This document shows positions 25,005 through 38,938 of a DNA stretch of 64,000 nucleotides, one piece after another; positions within the stretch are counted from its first letter, which is position 1; every line of letters starts with the position of its first letter. This DNA is from Podarcis muralis (Eukaryota): contig NC_135671.1 in assembly GCF_964188315.1 (NCBI RefSeq), positions 35,774,001 through 35,838,000 of the forward strand. The letters are read 5' to 3'. Below the pieces are notes generated by a model that saw only the letters and a list, made by a program, of their open reading frames with translations, was not told the origin of the DNA and made no database searches. Position numbers and translations under genes: made by a program.

Positions 25005-26370
25005 CCTTTGGTAAAGGCTGTTCTCCAACTGGAGCACTCACAGGCCAGTGTTTGCCAGTTTTCAGTGTATATACTACATTTTTAAAGATTTGCCTTGAGA
25101 CAGTCTTTAAACCTCTCCTGTTGACCACCAGCATTACACTTTCCATTTTTAAGTTTGGAATAGAGTAGTTGCTTCCATAGACATCTGAAGGCAGCCTTGT
25201 ATCGGGAAGCATTTAATGTGTGATGTTCTGATATTCAAAACTTGCTACACACACTCTAGCTGGCAAGATGTTCACACTAGGGCTGGCCCACCCATGAAGT
25301 AAGGTGAGGCATGGAAGATGGAGCAAGCTTGTTTTATCCTACTCCAGGGGGTACAATCTGAACCAATGGCTTCAAGTTACAAGAGATTCCAGCTAAACAT
25401 CTGGAAAAACTTTCTGAAGACAGTGGAACGAACTTCCTTGGACGTAGGTGGCCTCTCCTTCTTGGGAGCTTCTTAAGCAGAGGTTAGATAGCCATCAACC
25501 ATGAATGCTTTAGTTGAGATTCCTTCATTGCAAGGGGTTGAACTAGATGACCCTCAGGGTCCCTTCCAACTCTACATTTCAGCAATTGTATGATTCTATG
25601 ATTCTAAATAGGTGCTGTCCTGAGCAGCAAGATTACACATATATGGGCAGCAATGCAATCATTAAGTCAGTGTTTCTCAAACTTGGGTCTCCAGTTGTTG
25701 TTGAACCAGAATTCCCATCACCACTGACCCCTGGTCCTGCAAGCTAGGGATGGTGGGAGTTGTAGTTCAATAATAGCTGGAAACCCAAGTTTGAGAAACA
25801 CTGCATACAGCACATATACACAACTTATATCTAAAGGGTAAAATAAGTCCCCAGTGAACCAACCCCCCACCTAATGCGTGGGTGTAACAATATGCCACAG
25901 ACACATGCTAAAAAAAGAGAACAAGGGAGACGGTTATTTTGAATCCATCTATACTCTATAGAGAAGGGGGAAACTTCCTGTGTGAGTGAGTAATGCAAAG
26001 ACCGTTTGGTTGCCTATACTATTTCTGAATCATATATCTACTCTTGGAAGATTTAATTATCTATTTGAAGTCTGGTTACTACTTACAGGGGAGTGATAGT
26101 TAATATAAGGCAAATATAAGGTTATGATGCTGATCTTTACTGTAAGTATTAGGGTTAAGACATTTGCTTATGGTAGTTCAGCTAATCCTAGCAGATGCTG
26201 GCCCCAAATACCTGAAAGACAGATTGCAGCCCGTTTCTCCATTACAGATACCCAACATTTGGGCCCAAGTTTAAAACAGACCCAAAAGCGCACACACCAT
26301 CTGTGTGCTCTGCTATCCAAGTGATGTTGGCTCCCACTCCAGCTACTATAAGGTGTGACAGCAAAAGACA

Positions 26371-27306
26371 CTAATGAAAATGGTGCCTAATGATCCTCTT
26401 CATGGCTGCTTTCATTTCACTATTCCTGAGACTGTAGATGAAGGCATTCAGCATAGGGGTCACCATGGTAAACATGACAGCGGCCACAATTTTCTTGGGA
26501 TCTAAGTTGTTGGAACGTGGCTTGAAATAAACCCAGCTCACAGAGCCATAAAACAAGACAACCACAGCAATGTGGGACCCACACGTGGAGAAAGCCTTTT
26601 TCTTTCCAGAGTTGGATGGAATCTTGAGGATGGTGTAGAAAATGCCCATATAGGAGATGACGACCAGCACAAATGGCCCCAGGATCTCCACCGACCCTTC
26701 AGTCGGAATCAGCATTTCTATGACACTGCGGCCTGAGCAAGAGATCTCCAATACAGAGGGAAGATCGCAGAAGAAATGTGGGATCTCTCTAGAGTCACAG
26801 AAAGAAATGTTGGTCATCAAAATGGTATAAAGCAGAGAGTGGGCAATAGGGATAGCCCAGGACACTGCTGCGAGGAAGTGGCAACGCTTACGGCTCATCA
26901 GGGCAGAATAACGCAGGGGGAAGCAGATGGCCACGTAACGGTCGTAGGCCATAGAAGCCAACAGGAAGCTGTCTGAATTGCCAAAACACATAAAGAAGTA
27001 CATCTGGACCAGGCAGGCATGATAGGAGATGGTCCATTTCTGAGACAACAAGTTTTCTAGCACTTTGGGGATGGTGGTGGAGATGAAGCCCAAGTCAGCT
27101 AAGGCAAGGTGGCTGAGGAAAAAATACATAGGAGCGTGGAGGAGTTGTAAATCAGAACGGATCAAGAAGATGATTGTTGCGTTCCCCAGGAAGGCCAGCA
27201 GGTACATGGAGAGGAATAGCAGGAAGAGGAGCCGTTGAAACTCTGGCTGGATTGGGAAGCCACGGAGGAATAATTCAGAGAAGTCTGTTGCATTCCCAGG
27301 ACTCAT
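26371..27306 (-). CDS. Olfactory receptor OR-B, intact ORF (311 aa), altered TM7 motif
   Basis: OR motifs present, but PMLNAFIY replaces PMLNPFIY. Confidence 0.93.
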   Translation of the reverse strand: MSPGNATDFSELFLRGFPIQPEFQRLLFLLFLSMYLLAFLGNATIIFLIRSDLQLLHAPMYFFLSHLALADLGFISTTIPKVLENLLSQKWTISYHACLVQMYFFMCFGNSDSFLLASMAYDRYVAICFPLRYSALMSRKRCHFLAAVSWAIPIAHSLLYTILMTNISFCDSREIPHFFCDLPSVLEISCSGRSVIEMLIPTEGSVEILGPFVLVVISYMGIFYTILKIPSNSGKKKAFSTCGSHIAVVVLFYGSVSWVYFKPRSNNLDPKKIVAAVMFTMVTPMLNAFIYSLRNSEMKAAMKRIIRHHFH

Positions 27307-27356
27307 TAGGCTAAAGAAGAAGAAGAAATGGTTAGGTTAGTAAATTCTCCACCCTC

Positions 27357-30300
27357 ACAAAAAATCAGAACTGTGGGAGTGAAAGAGAGATTTCTGGAGA
27401 AAAACACAAAGGAACCTGGCTTGGAAAGTTCTCCTCCTTTGGGTGTCGGGGCAGAAGGCCCCTAAAAAATCAAGATGTCCTTAAAAATTTACTCCTGGAA
27501 TGTTAATGGTTTAAATTCTCCGAAAAAAAGACACCAAGTTTTTCATGTTTTGGCGAAACACAATTTGGATATAATTTGCCTACAAGAAACACATGTTACC
27601 AGACTGCATAGAAAAACCATACAGAATAAAAAACTTGGACAAGATTTCATCTCATCAGACAAGGTAAAAAAAAGAGGAGTGGTTTTTTATATTAAAGAAA
27701 AATGGAACCCCAAGTTGTTGTTTAAGGATGAGGAAGGGAGATACCTTGTTGTAGAAATTACAGCACAAGGCGATAAATACCTTCTATTGGGAATTTATGC
27801 ATCAAATGATGGAAAAGTGGAATTTTTTAGAAACTTGGACTTAAAGCTCAATGAATATCTGGATTATAAAATAATACTAATGGGGGATTTGAATGGAGTA
27901 GTCTCTACACTTATGGATAAATCACAAGAGCAAAAAGGACAAAATGCAGGCAGACTTCCAAAATTGTTTTTTGATATGGGGACAAATATGATCTGTCAGA
28001 TATATGGAGACTACAAAATCCTACAGAGAAAGATTACACCTTTTCCTCAAATTCGTCCCAAACATTTTCAAGAACAGATTACTTATGGATTACCAGAGAT
28101 TTAGCTTCAAGGGTATCAGAAATTCAAATATGCCCTAGGACATGCTCTGACCATAATGCAGTGTTATTGAAAATGAAAGTGTATCTGCAGGGTTCCTTCA
28201 GATGGAGGATGAATGATGGGTTGTTGAGGAATGAACAGGTGGTGGGAAAGGCCCAAAAGACTCTAAAAGATTATTTTGAACTAAACATAAATACAGAGGT
28301 AGAAACAAGAGTCATTTGGGATGCTAGTAAAGCCGTTATGAGAGGTTTCCTCATACAACAGAATGCCATAAAGAAAAAGATACAAAAGGAAAAAAAGGAA
28401 AAAATTCTATCTCAAATAAAAGAGAAAGAAAAGAATTTAAGATCAAAGCCTAAAAGCCAACAGATACAAAAAGACATCAAAGCTTTGCAGACTCAATTTT
28501 CTCAAATTATAAATCAAGAAATAGAGTGGAAAATAAAATTAATGAAACAGGAAAAAAATCTGGAAAGTATAGAGGTTGGCCAAATTTTTTAAAATAGTAT
28601 TAAGGTGATCTATTCTGAACAAAAAGCTAAAATTAATGTTAATAATGTGGTATTAGAGGAAATTAAAACTGAGAAAGGAACCAGGCAAGGGTGCCCACTT
28701 TCCTCTCTATTATTTATTTTGGTCCTGGAGGTATTGCTGAATATGTTGAGGAAAGAAGAGAAAGTAAAGGGCATTGTAGTAGGATCCAAGCAATATAAAT
28801 TAAAAGCCTTTGCTGATGATTTGGTTATAACCTTACAGGATCCAGAGACCAGTGCATTGAAAGCACTGGAGATGATTCCGGAGTATGGGCAGCTGGCTGG
28901 TTTTAAATTAAATAAGAGCAAAACCAAAGTATTGGATAAAAATTTAGATAAAGATGAAAGAAAAACCCTTGTAGAAAAAACAGGGCTGGTATTCATGAAG
29001 AAGGTTAAATATTTGGGTGTGAACTTAACAGCGAAGAATTTGAATTTATATAAAGATAATTATGAGAAAGTATGGAATGAAATAAAAAGAGACTCAGAGA
29101 TTTGGTCAAATTTAAAATTCTCACTTAAGGGTCGAATATTGATGGTTAAGATGAATGTATTGCCGAAAATGTTGGTTTTGTTTCAAACTTTACCCATTAT
29201 TGATAATGTCAAATGTTTCAAAGACTGGCAGAAGGCCTTGTCCAAATTTATTTGGAAAGGGAAAAAACCGAGAATTAAGTATAAATTACTTACGGATATA
29301 AAAGAAAGAGGGGATTTCCCCCTGCCTGATTTAAAGATATATTTTGAAGCTGCGGCCTTCTGCTGGATTAAAGATTGGATTAATTTAGAAAATGAAGATA
29401 TTTTGGATTTAGAGGAATTGGACAATAGGTTTGGTTGGCATGCATATCTTTGCTATGACAAAATAAAGGCCCATAGTGGTTTTAAGAACCATATAATTAG
29501 GAAGGCGCTTTATAATGTGTGGAGTAGATATCAGGATCTTTTGGTAAGAAAAACACCCAAATGGATTTCACCAATGGAAGCGCAGGCACAAAAAAAGCTA
29601 AATATGGAAAATAAGTGGTTGAGATATTCTGATTTACTGATAGAAGATGGTGAGGTATTTAAATTAAAACCATTTGAACAAATCAAAGATGAAGTGAATT
29701 GGCTTCAATATTACCAAATTAATGAACTATTTAAGATTGACAAGAAAAAAGGTTTTGCAACTGAAAAAACCAAATTGGAAACGGAGTTGTTAGATACTAA
29801 TGTTAAAAACATGTCTAAGATGTATAGTTTGTTACTGGAGTGGCATACAAAAAATGAGCAAGTAAAGTCAGTTATGATTGATTGGGCACAAGATGTGGGA
29901 CATAATATAATGATGGAGGACTGGGAGAGACTTTGGAAGAAAGGGGTTAAGTTTACTGCATGCACAATGTTAAAGGAAAATATTATGAAAATGATGTATA
30001 GATGGTACTTAAACTCTGTTAAACTGGTGAATATCTACCATAAATATGATAATTTATGCTGGAAATGTAATTGCTCCAAGGCAAAAGACTTCTGGGGAAA
30101 AAATTATAATGAATTTTAAAAAATGATGAAATATACATTTATGAAAAAAACAGAATCCTTTCTTTTTGGAATAACAGGTTCTGAATTGCCCAAAAAAGAT
30201 GTAAAAATATTTTTGTATGCCACAACTGCTGCACGGATTTTACTAGCCAAAAAATGGAAAACACAAGAACTACCAACGGTAGAAGAATGGCAGATGAAGA

Positions 30301-30780
30301 TGATGGAGTTTATGGAGCTGGCTGATCTCACCGGGAGAATCCACGACCAGAAAGAAGAGGAACACCAAGAAGATTGGAAGAAATTTAAAGACTATTTGAA
30401 TAAATATTGTAATATTAAAGATATGTAACCACTTGAAAGAACTAATTAGGCCTAGGATTAAATTAGGATTAAATAAATAAATAAGAAAATGTACGATAGA
30501 AAAGTTAGGAAAAATGATTGACTGTAATACGGTTTTATGAAATAATGATATTGGAAACTGCTACATTTAATTACAAGGAAATTCAGATGGAAGAGATTAG
30601 AGGAAGTCAATTAATATGTTTATGAAGATGGATTTTAATGTAACTAATCAAGTCTTAGTTTATGTGGTGATATATGGGAACTTTGAAGTATTTTATATTT
30701 CATATTCTTTCTTCTTTCTCTCTTATTATTGTTTCTTCTCTTTTTTGTTATGCTTTTGTATGAAAAATAATAAATTTTAT
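27357..30780 (+). mobile_element. L1 LINE (ORF1 end plus ORF2), internally deleted and frameshifted
   Basis: APE endonuclease (SWNVNGLN, CLQETH, MGDLN), RT (GTRQGCPLS, AFADD, VKYLG), C-terminal CWKC, AT-rich 3' end. Confidence 0.92.
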
Positions 30781-31089
30781 TGTGTGTGTGGGGGGGGGAA
30801 GCATTTAAAGCACATCTGAAAAACATAGTAAGTCTCCCCCACCCCAAGAATTCTGCGAACCATACTTTGCTAAGGGTGCTGGGAATTGCTTCTCTGTGAG
30901 TGGTAAAATACAGTTCCCAGAAGTCTTTGGGGATAGGCATGTGCTTTAATTGTACTGAGTGAATTCAGCAGATACTGATTAGTAACCATTAAAAAATCCT
31001 CAATAGGTTTCTTGGATGTTAGAAGCTTTTAAGTGAGTAACACATTGTTTCACCAATCTATGAGCAGTGAGAGATTCCAGAGGTACCAG

Positions 31090-31810
31090 TGTGATAGGAA
31101 TTTTGAGGTCTTAGATATATGGTAATGTTCATACGTGTACCAACCAAGCATGTACATAGATCAGCACAGGAAGACCAACCTGAAACCATTTTGATTCCCA
31201 AACTGACCAAATGTTTTCTCTGCAAGGTCAAAGGAAAATGGAAAAGCCTCCCCATTGTCTTTTCCTTCACAAATCCTGTCTTAAGGGTATGTCTGTGTTT
31301 GAATAGGGTGTGAGCCTGTGACCTGGCCCAGGAACTAAGTATTTATCATTACAAAAGACTGGCCAGGCTCCCCAGGCAATCCAATCTGGTAAGCACGTAT
31401 CCAATCAAGTAACCTGCCAGACAGGAGAAAAACAACATTCACATTTTTGTTTTAGACCGCCTTTTCTGTGATGTAGGTATGATGTATCTGAGGGGTGGTC
31501 TTAGGTTACACCCCTCCTGTGATGTATGTATGATGTTTCTGGGGGTGGTCTTGATGTACAGGGTGGCAATTTCAAAAGTCCATATAAGGCCTTGCGTGCC
31601 ATTGTTCTGGGTTCCTCCTCCCTCTTTTGTGTAGTGAGTGAGGACCCTGTTGCAACCGATCAATAAAGATCAGGCTTACTAGCTGCTTTGCTTCTCAATA
31701 TTCTCCGGTTGGCCTCTGTTATTTTCTCCTACCAATAGGGAACCTACATAAGGACTCTATATGGGCTCTTGGATACCCCATAAGGGGAAAGGGCAATTTT
31801 GTTTACAACA
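31090..31810 (+). mobile_element. Solo LTR, homolog of 19623-20466, without the Penelope insert
   Basis: TG...CA ends, TSD ccag at 31086-31089 and 31811-31814. Confidence 0.88.
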
Positions 31811-32779
31811 CCAGGCATGTTTAACAGGGTCTGTGTTTACTTTTGGAACAATGAGGCCAAGTGGAGTCTGTGATCTCTTTATGATACAGGGTTTATGTAC
31901 ATATCTATGCAACCTGTGTCTAGATGGAGAGAGATCAGAGCATTCACATCCCAAGAGGGTCCTGTTTCTTCCATTGCTGCAGCCTCAGATTCCAAGAGAC
32001 TCCAAATATCATGTCTGACCTCCTCTGCAGCTTGAAACAGACTGCCTGCTTCATGCTTTGCCCCCCCCCCCACTCCAGCTTCAAAAAGGGACAATTCTTT
32101 CCTGTTTGCTGACCTCATTGCCCACTGCAGTTCTGCTCCCCCCTCCTGAAACTCTGTCCTTTTGTCTCTGCTAATCATCTCTTACCTCAGCGAGGGCTTT
32201 CCCCATTTTCTGTCCAGCCCAGACAGAAAATGGCCTTCTTAATGGGTGTTTCCTGGACATGGAAAAACCACTTTAAACTCAAGCCCCCATTAGGCCCGGG
32301 AATTTAGGAGTTTCCTTAAATTCTACCCCTTCACTGAATTCAGACATTTTAGGGGAGCCTTGCTCCCACCCAAAAACATAAGAATATTCACACTTACTTA
32401 AGTAAAGGCACTTCCTGTTTGCTCTCTTGCTCCTGTCAATGTAAAAAACAAAGGAAGTGGACTTGTTCTGCACAGGACGAAACTGGCCTCCTTCATCTGC
32501 TGAGGAGATTAGCTCTGTGTTTTCTGATGCAAGGAAAGCTTTTGTTCATCTCTGCTTAAGGGTGGTGATCTCCAGGGTCCAAGGAAGACTCAACCAGGTT
32601 CCCCCTCCAGAATTAATAGAATGCAATAGCATAAACTCTGGAGAATCATCATTCAGAGACCCAACCCATCATTCAGCTTAACAAATTAGCTCGTCCTCAT
32701 TAATAAGTGTTAGAAAAGTTTTTCCCTTTGAGTATGGATGTTGGAGGATTCTGGTTTGCTCCACAACTGGGAACAAGTA

Positions 32780-33095
32780 TGAAATATACTCGGAGTTGAG
32801 TGTGAATTTCATGCTCTTTATTCAACTCATAGTAGCGATGAATGAAACTTTCCCCATAATATCTAGCTATATATACAGTGGTACCTCGGGATGCGAACGG
32901 GATCCGTTCTGGGGCCCCGTTTGCATCCTGAATAGAACATAAGACGCGATGGTGCATCTGTGCGTGCGCGGGTCGCGTTTTGCTGCTTCAGCGCATGCGT
33001 GTGACGTCACTTTGAGCGTCTGAGCATGCGCGAGCGGCAAAACCCAGAAGGCGCCCTGAAGGCGCTCAACCTGAAGCAAAGTCAACCCGAAGGTA
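32780..33095 (-). mobile_element. Truncated solo LTR with nested Tc1/mariner MITE (32876-33095), cut at the B/C junction
   Basis: tatatata-cagtggtacctcggg start; homology to 45536-46109. Confidence 0.75.
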
Positions 33096-34090
33096 AAGGC
33101 TGTTCTCCAACTGGAGTGCTCACTGGCCCGTGTTTCCCAGTTGTCAGTATTTATACTACATTTTTAAAGATTTGCCTTGAAACAGTCTTTGAACCTCCTT
33201 TGCTGATCACCGGCATTATGCTTTCCTTTTTTAAGTTTGGAATAGAGTAGTTGCTTCTATAGACACCTGAAGGCAGCCTTGTATCGGGAAGCATTTAATG
33301 TGTGATGCTCTGATCTTCAAAACTTGCCGCACACACTCCAGGTGGCAAGATGTTCACACTAGGGCTGGCCCACCCATGAAGCAAGGTGAGGCGATTGCCT
33401 CAGGCAGTAGGATCCACAGGGCAGCAGATCTGGCCTCCAATGAATGAATTGGCCACTGCTGCTCCTTCCTGATCTAGATCTTCACTCATTCCTTCTTCCC
33501 CAGGGGGGACACCATTGTGTGGTTCACTTCACGTGCCCAAAGGTCTTGCACTGGCCCTGACTCACGCATTACAAATATTTTAATTGTACAACTCTGAGAG
33601 GATTGGAATCTTTTCTGTGAAGTCACTGCATGCATCCATTTAAAATGGGTGTATACCTTTACCCTTATGCCCAGCAAAGAATTTACACACCAGGAAATAG
33701 AGGAAGATTGGTTTATTACAGAGAAATGAAAGCAGTGCCCAGCAATGCAAGGAGGGAGCTGAAGAACAAAATAGGAAAAGGTAAGGGAACACCCAGCTAC
33801 TTGAAATGAATTCAAATCTCCAGGGAATGATGAGCTGCACCAAGGGTCCTAGAAGGAGCTCGAGGATGTAATCTCAGAACCTCTGTCTATAATCTTTGAG
33901 AATTCTTGGAGAACAAGTGAGGTCCCTGCTGTGTGAAGGCGAGCAATTTTTGTCCCCATCTTCAAAGGGGGGTGGGAGGAAGACCAGTCAGCTTGACACT
34001 GATACCAGAAAAGGTCCTAGAACAAAGAATTATTGTACTTGATCAGTCTGTGAGCATTTAGAAACAGATGCTGTGATTACTAAGACCCAG

Positions 34091-37000
34091 ACTTATCAGA
34101 TAAATTACAGGTTTTTTTGCAAGATCAGCAACTAGTGAAGATCCCAAAGCGCTGCATCATAATCTGCTGAAAGAGACAAGGTTTCATAAATATTATAGAC
34201 CTTATAACCCATTACTGGAATAGCATTCCTGCTGCCTCTGGAAGAGTAACATCTAGAGAGAACTTAATAGTATATAATATTATTGAATTGTACATTATTA
34301 ATTGAAAATACTCCCCAGTTCTTCTCCTATTATTTATATATACTTTTTGTATTTTCTTCCTCCTTTATTCCTTTACAAATTATAAATAGCATTATTATTA
34401 TTATTACTTTCTCTTGCTTTATTTTTCTTTTACTCTCCCATCTTTTCTTTGTTTCTTTCTTTTGCAATTTTCTTTTTGGGTATTTTTTTTTGCTTTGTTT
34501 GTTTTGTTTCTCTGTTTCATTTTTGTTGTTTTTCTGGTTATGTTTTTGTGTGGTCTTCGACTTGTGTGGTTTTGTCTTGTGTTTTTTCCATTGTTTTTTG
34601 TTTTTGTCTTTTGTTGCTGTTTTTCTGTTTTTGTTTGTTCTTCCTTTCGCAATCTATTGGTAGCTATTGCAGCTGATATTAGCATCAGATGTCATTAGTT
34701 TTGTTGCAAGGTGCTGATTAATTGAGCCGCTAACCTGTTTAAAGATTTATATATATGATCTATCACCCTGAATGAGCAAGTGAACACAAGGATTGCAATC
34801 ATTTATTATATTTATTTGATCTGATGAAGCTGTGATATTGCTGTATTGACGATAGGCTGTAACTAATTAGATAATTGTTCATAATCAATTTTAAATATAC
34901 TTAGTGAAACTGGTGAATATAAAGAATTAGTGAATACATAGGCCGGAGATTATTATCAGATTGGTAAAATTGTCGTGATTGTATTAAGAAAGATTGAATT
35001 TAATTGATATCCAGTCTGTAAGACAGACAGAAAGAAAACAAATTACCTTGTGAGATAATTGAATTTCATAGTGATGTTTGGTAAAAAAAACAACTGTGTC
35101 AGGTTCTGCGGCAGTTTCAGCCTCACAAATCAGGAGAATTTCAGTAATTGACATGGATCAACCGCTAGATACGAGAGAATTAATTTTAAGTTTGAAGAAA
35201 GATATCCAAGATTTTAAAAAAAATGTAAATGAAAAGGCAAAAGCAACAGAAGAAAAACTTATTTCAATGGGAGTTAAAATAGATGAAAATGTGAAAATAA
35301 CAGCTGAGTTATCAACTTAGGTCAACAATTTAGTACAAAAAAATTCAGAACTGATGAAAATAGTGCTAGACCTTAAAGGTAAAACACAGACTCTAGAGGA
35401 AGCTCAGAAAAAATTACAAAATGAAAATAGAGAGCTGAAAAGGGAATGCGATAAGATAAGGAAAGAAACAGCAGTTCTGAAAGCGCAGCAGGATTCAACT
35501 CTGGATGCTGTTGCAATGTTGCAAATGCAGAGAAGGGAGAATACCCTAAGATTCAGAGGATTAACAGTGGACACAGAGGAAATAACTGGGGGGGAAATCT
35601 CAAAAGAGCTAGCAGCTTGGTTAGACCTAGAAGAAGCAGAAGTAGCACAAAAATAGAAAAAGCATTCAAAGTCAAATCTAATGTAGCAAAAGCAAATAAC
35701 TGGCCGGCTGATTGTTTAGTCTCTTTTAACTCTATGGATTTCAGAAACAGAATTTTACAAGCTAGTAACAAGAAGAAATTCCAGTCGGAAGGAAATTATA
35801 TTATCGTCCACAAGATTATCCCAAATCGATTGATAAAAAAAAGAGAAGCTTATAAACCTCTGGCTGATGCACTAAAGGCAAAGGCAGTGGACTATAGGTG
35901 GGAGTACCCTGAAGGCATCTCCTTTTTCTTTGAAGGGAAACGTAGAAAGTGCTTGTCGGCATTAGATGCGGACAAGTTCTGGAGAAAGTACTGGAAAGAG
36001 CTCGGAGGAAAAAGACAATTGTTGGGAGAATCAGAGGAAATTGAACAAACAGTTGAGAGTTAGGAGTCAGATCTAAGAAGGGAATTTATTAAAAGTATAT
36101 TGAGACCTTTAGTGTGTAATTTTTTTATTTTATTTTTTTAACCTGTTGACTTATCATAAGAAATAAAGTATGGATTATAAATCTATTACTTGGAACGTAA
36201 ATGGTTTAAATGAAAAATCAAAAAGGAATAAGGTGGAACATATTCTGGTTAAAAATGCTTGTTAAAAATGTAGCCACAAAAGAAAAGGACGACTTAGAAA
36301 AAATATTGGGCCTGAAAATCTCCTCAAAAGCGAAATACCTGGGTATTTGGATCACCCCCAAGAATATAAACTTATTTCAGGATAATTACACCAAAACTTG
36401 GTTAGAGATTAGAAAAAACTTTGAAACCTGGAGTAAATTAAAATTAACATTTCTGGGTAGGATTTCCATTATAAAGATGAATGTGCTTCCAAATTAATCT
36501 TTTTATTTCAAATGATTCCAATACGGGGCGAAGCGGGTTGTCTCAAGATATGGCGAAGAGAAATTTCCAAATTCCTGTGGGAAGGGAAGAAACCTCGGAT
36601 TAAACACCTGATCTTAATAGACATAAAAGAGAGAGGAGGCTTTTCTCTACCCGACCTAAAACTTTACTACGAGGCAGCCTGTTTCACCTGGCTAAAAGAT
36701 TGGTGCACGTTGCAGGATCTGGACCTCCTGGACCTGGAAGGTTTTGACAACCGTTGGGGATGGCACGCCTACCTGATATATGGAAAAGCAAAAATTCACA
36801 AAAAAATTACCAACCATATAATAAGAAAGTCACTCTTTGCTGTATGGGAAAAATATAAAGACCTGATGGAGCCTAAAGTCCCGTGGTGGACTTCTCCAAT
36901 AGAAGCCATAGCAGTAAAACAGAAAAATACCCAGGAAAGCTGGCCAACATATAAAACACTTCTAAAAAATGAAGATAACCAATAAAATTAAAAAACTTCA

Positions 37001-38062
37001 AGGAAATAAGAGAACACATCTCAGACTGGTTCCAATACCATCAGTTATTTGAAAAATTTAAATCTGACAAACAAAAGGGGTTCTCAACAGAAATTTCCTG
37101 ATTCGAATCTGATCTTGTAAATTCTAAAAGAAAAACTCTTTCCAAAACTTATCGACTCCTCCTTGACAGTCAAGGAGGAGGAGGTAACAGTGGCAATGGT
37201 GAGGTGGTCCCAGGATTTTGGCCATTCAATAACCATGGCCCAATGGGAAAACTTATGGAAGATCAATTGGAAATTCACAAAGTGTTACACGATTAGAGAG
37301 AACTTTCAAAAAATGAAGCACCGATGGTACCTAACACCATGGAAACTTTCAAAAATGTATAAAAGTGTGTCAGGTAATTGTTGGAGATGAGGAGACTCAG
37401 GAACTTTCTACCATATGTGGTGGATATGTAGGAAAATACAGGTATTCTGGGACAGTATCCATGCAGAACTGCAAAAAATGCTAAAGATCTCTTTCCATAA
37501 AAACCAGAGGCCTACCTCCTGGGAATAACAGATTTGGATACTCCGCAAAAGAGGAAAGGGATCTTTTTATATGCAATGGCGGCAGAAAGAGTTCTGATCA
37601 CGGCAAAATGGAAGAGTAATGAAATCCCCTCTATACAAGATTGGATCCAAAAGCTGACAGAATATGCCGAATTAGATGGTCTATCAGAAAAAATAAAGAA
37701 TAAATTAAAACAGGAATTTGTTTCAAAATGGGAGGTTTTCAAAGAATATCTGAGTAATAAATATAGTAGTTTAAATTCTGTTGCAGAGTTTGAGGAACTT
37801 CAGTAATAGTTGCAAGGTAGATATAAGAAATCAGATATATTAAGAAAAAGTTTAATTATGATAAAAGTGTGTATTGGCAATAAGTAATATGAAATCAAAA
37901 TATGGAATAGACGGGAGGTTGGGTCTTTAGTGTTAAGACCAATATATGTTTTATTGTTTGCTAAGAAAAATATGTGTCTATGGCTATTCCTGTGTGTAAT
38001 TTGGTATTTGTGTTTTTTCCTTTTGTCTTGCTGTATCAATAAAAATCTAAAAAAAATATAAT
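34091..38062 (+). mobile_element. L1 LINE with 5' region, ORF1 and a large EN/RT deletion
   Basis: ORF1 (RRENTLRFRGL...YRWEYPEG); ORF2 start ITWNVNGLN jumps to MLVKNV...AKYLGI; poly-A end; TSD acccag at 34085-34090 and 38063-38068. Confidence 0.9.
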
Positions 38063-38938
38063 ACCCAGCATGGCTTTCTCAAAAACAAGTCATGCCAGAC
38101 AAATCTCATTTTTTATTTTATTTCATAGCGTTACAAGTGGATCAGGGGAATGCTGTGGATGTAGAGAGCCTTGATTTCAGTAAGGCTTTTGACAAAGTCC
38201 CCCTTTAGAGGAGATATGATAGTCATCTTCAAATACCTAAAGGGCTATCACATGGAAGATGGAGCAAGCTTGTTTTATCCTACTCCAGGGGGTAAAATCT
38301 GAACCAATGGTTTAAGTAACAAGAGATTCGAGCTAAACATCTGGAAAAACTTTCTGAAGACAGTGGAACGAACTTCCTTGGACGTGGGTGGCCTCTTCTT
38401 CTTTGGAGGTTCTTAAGCAGAGGTTAGATAGCCATCTGCCATGAATGCTTTAGTTTGATTCCTGCATGGCAAATGGTTGAACTAGATGACCCTCAGGGTG
38501 CCTTCCAACTCTACATTTCAGCAATTCTATGATTCTAAATGGGTGCTGTCTTGGGCAGGAAGATTACACATATATGGGCAGCTATGCAATCATTAAGTCA
38601 GTGTTTCTCAAACTTGGGTCTCAAACTGTTGTTGAACTAGAATTCCCATCACCACTGACCACTGGTCCTGCAAGCTAGGGATGGTGGGAGTTGTAGTTCA
38701 ACAATAGCTGGAAACCCAAGTTTGAGAAACACTGCATACAGCACATATACACAACTTATATCTAAAGAGTAAAATAAGTCCCCAGTGAACCAAAAAAAAA
38801 CCCCCTAAAGCGTGGGTGTAACAATATGCCACAGACACACACTAAAAAAAAAGAGAGAACAAGGGAGACGGTTAGTTTGAATCCAACTATACCCTATAGA
38901 GAGGGGGGAAACTTCCAGTGTGAGTGAATAATGTGAAG

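Larger units (their letters stand above)
25010..33095. repeat. Segmental duplication unit B (carries OR 26371-27306)
   Basis: Colinear with A and C; has a deletion at about 25312. Confidence 0.9.

Noticed and set aside
34283-34698. Phe/Leu-rich and Lys/Thr-rich ORFs that look like membrane or basic proteins (also 13325-13705)
   Set aside because: Low-complexity T-rich or A-rich L1 UTR sequence.
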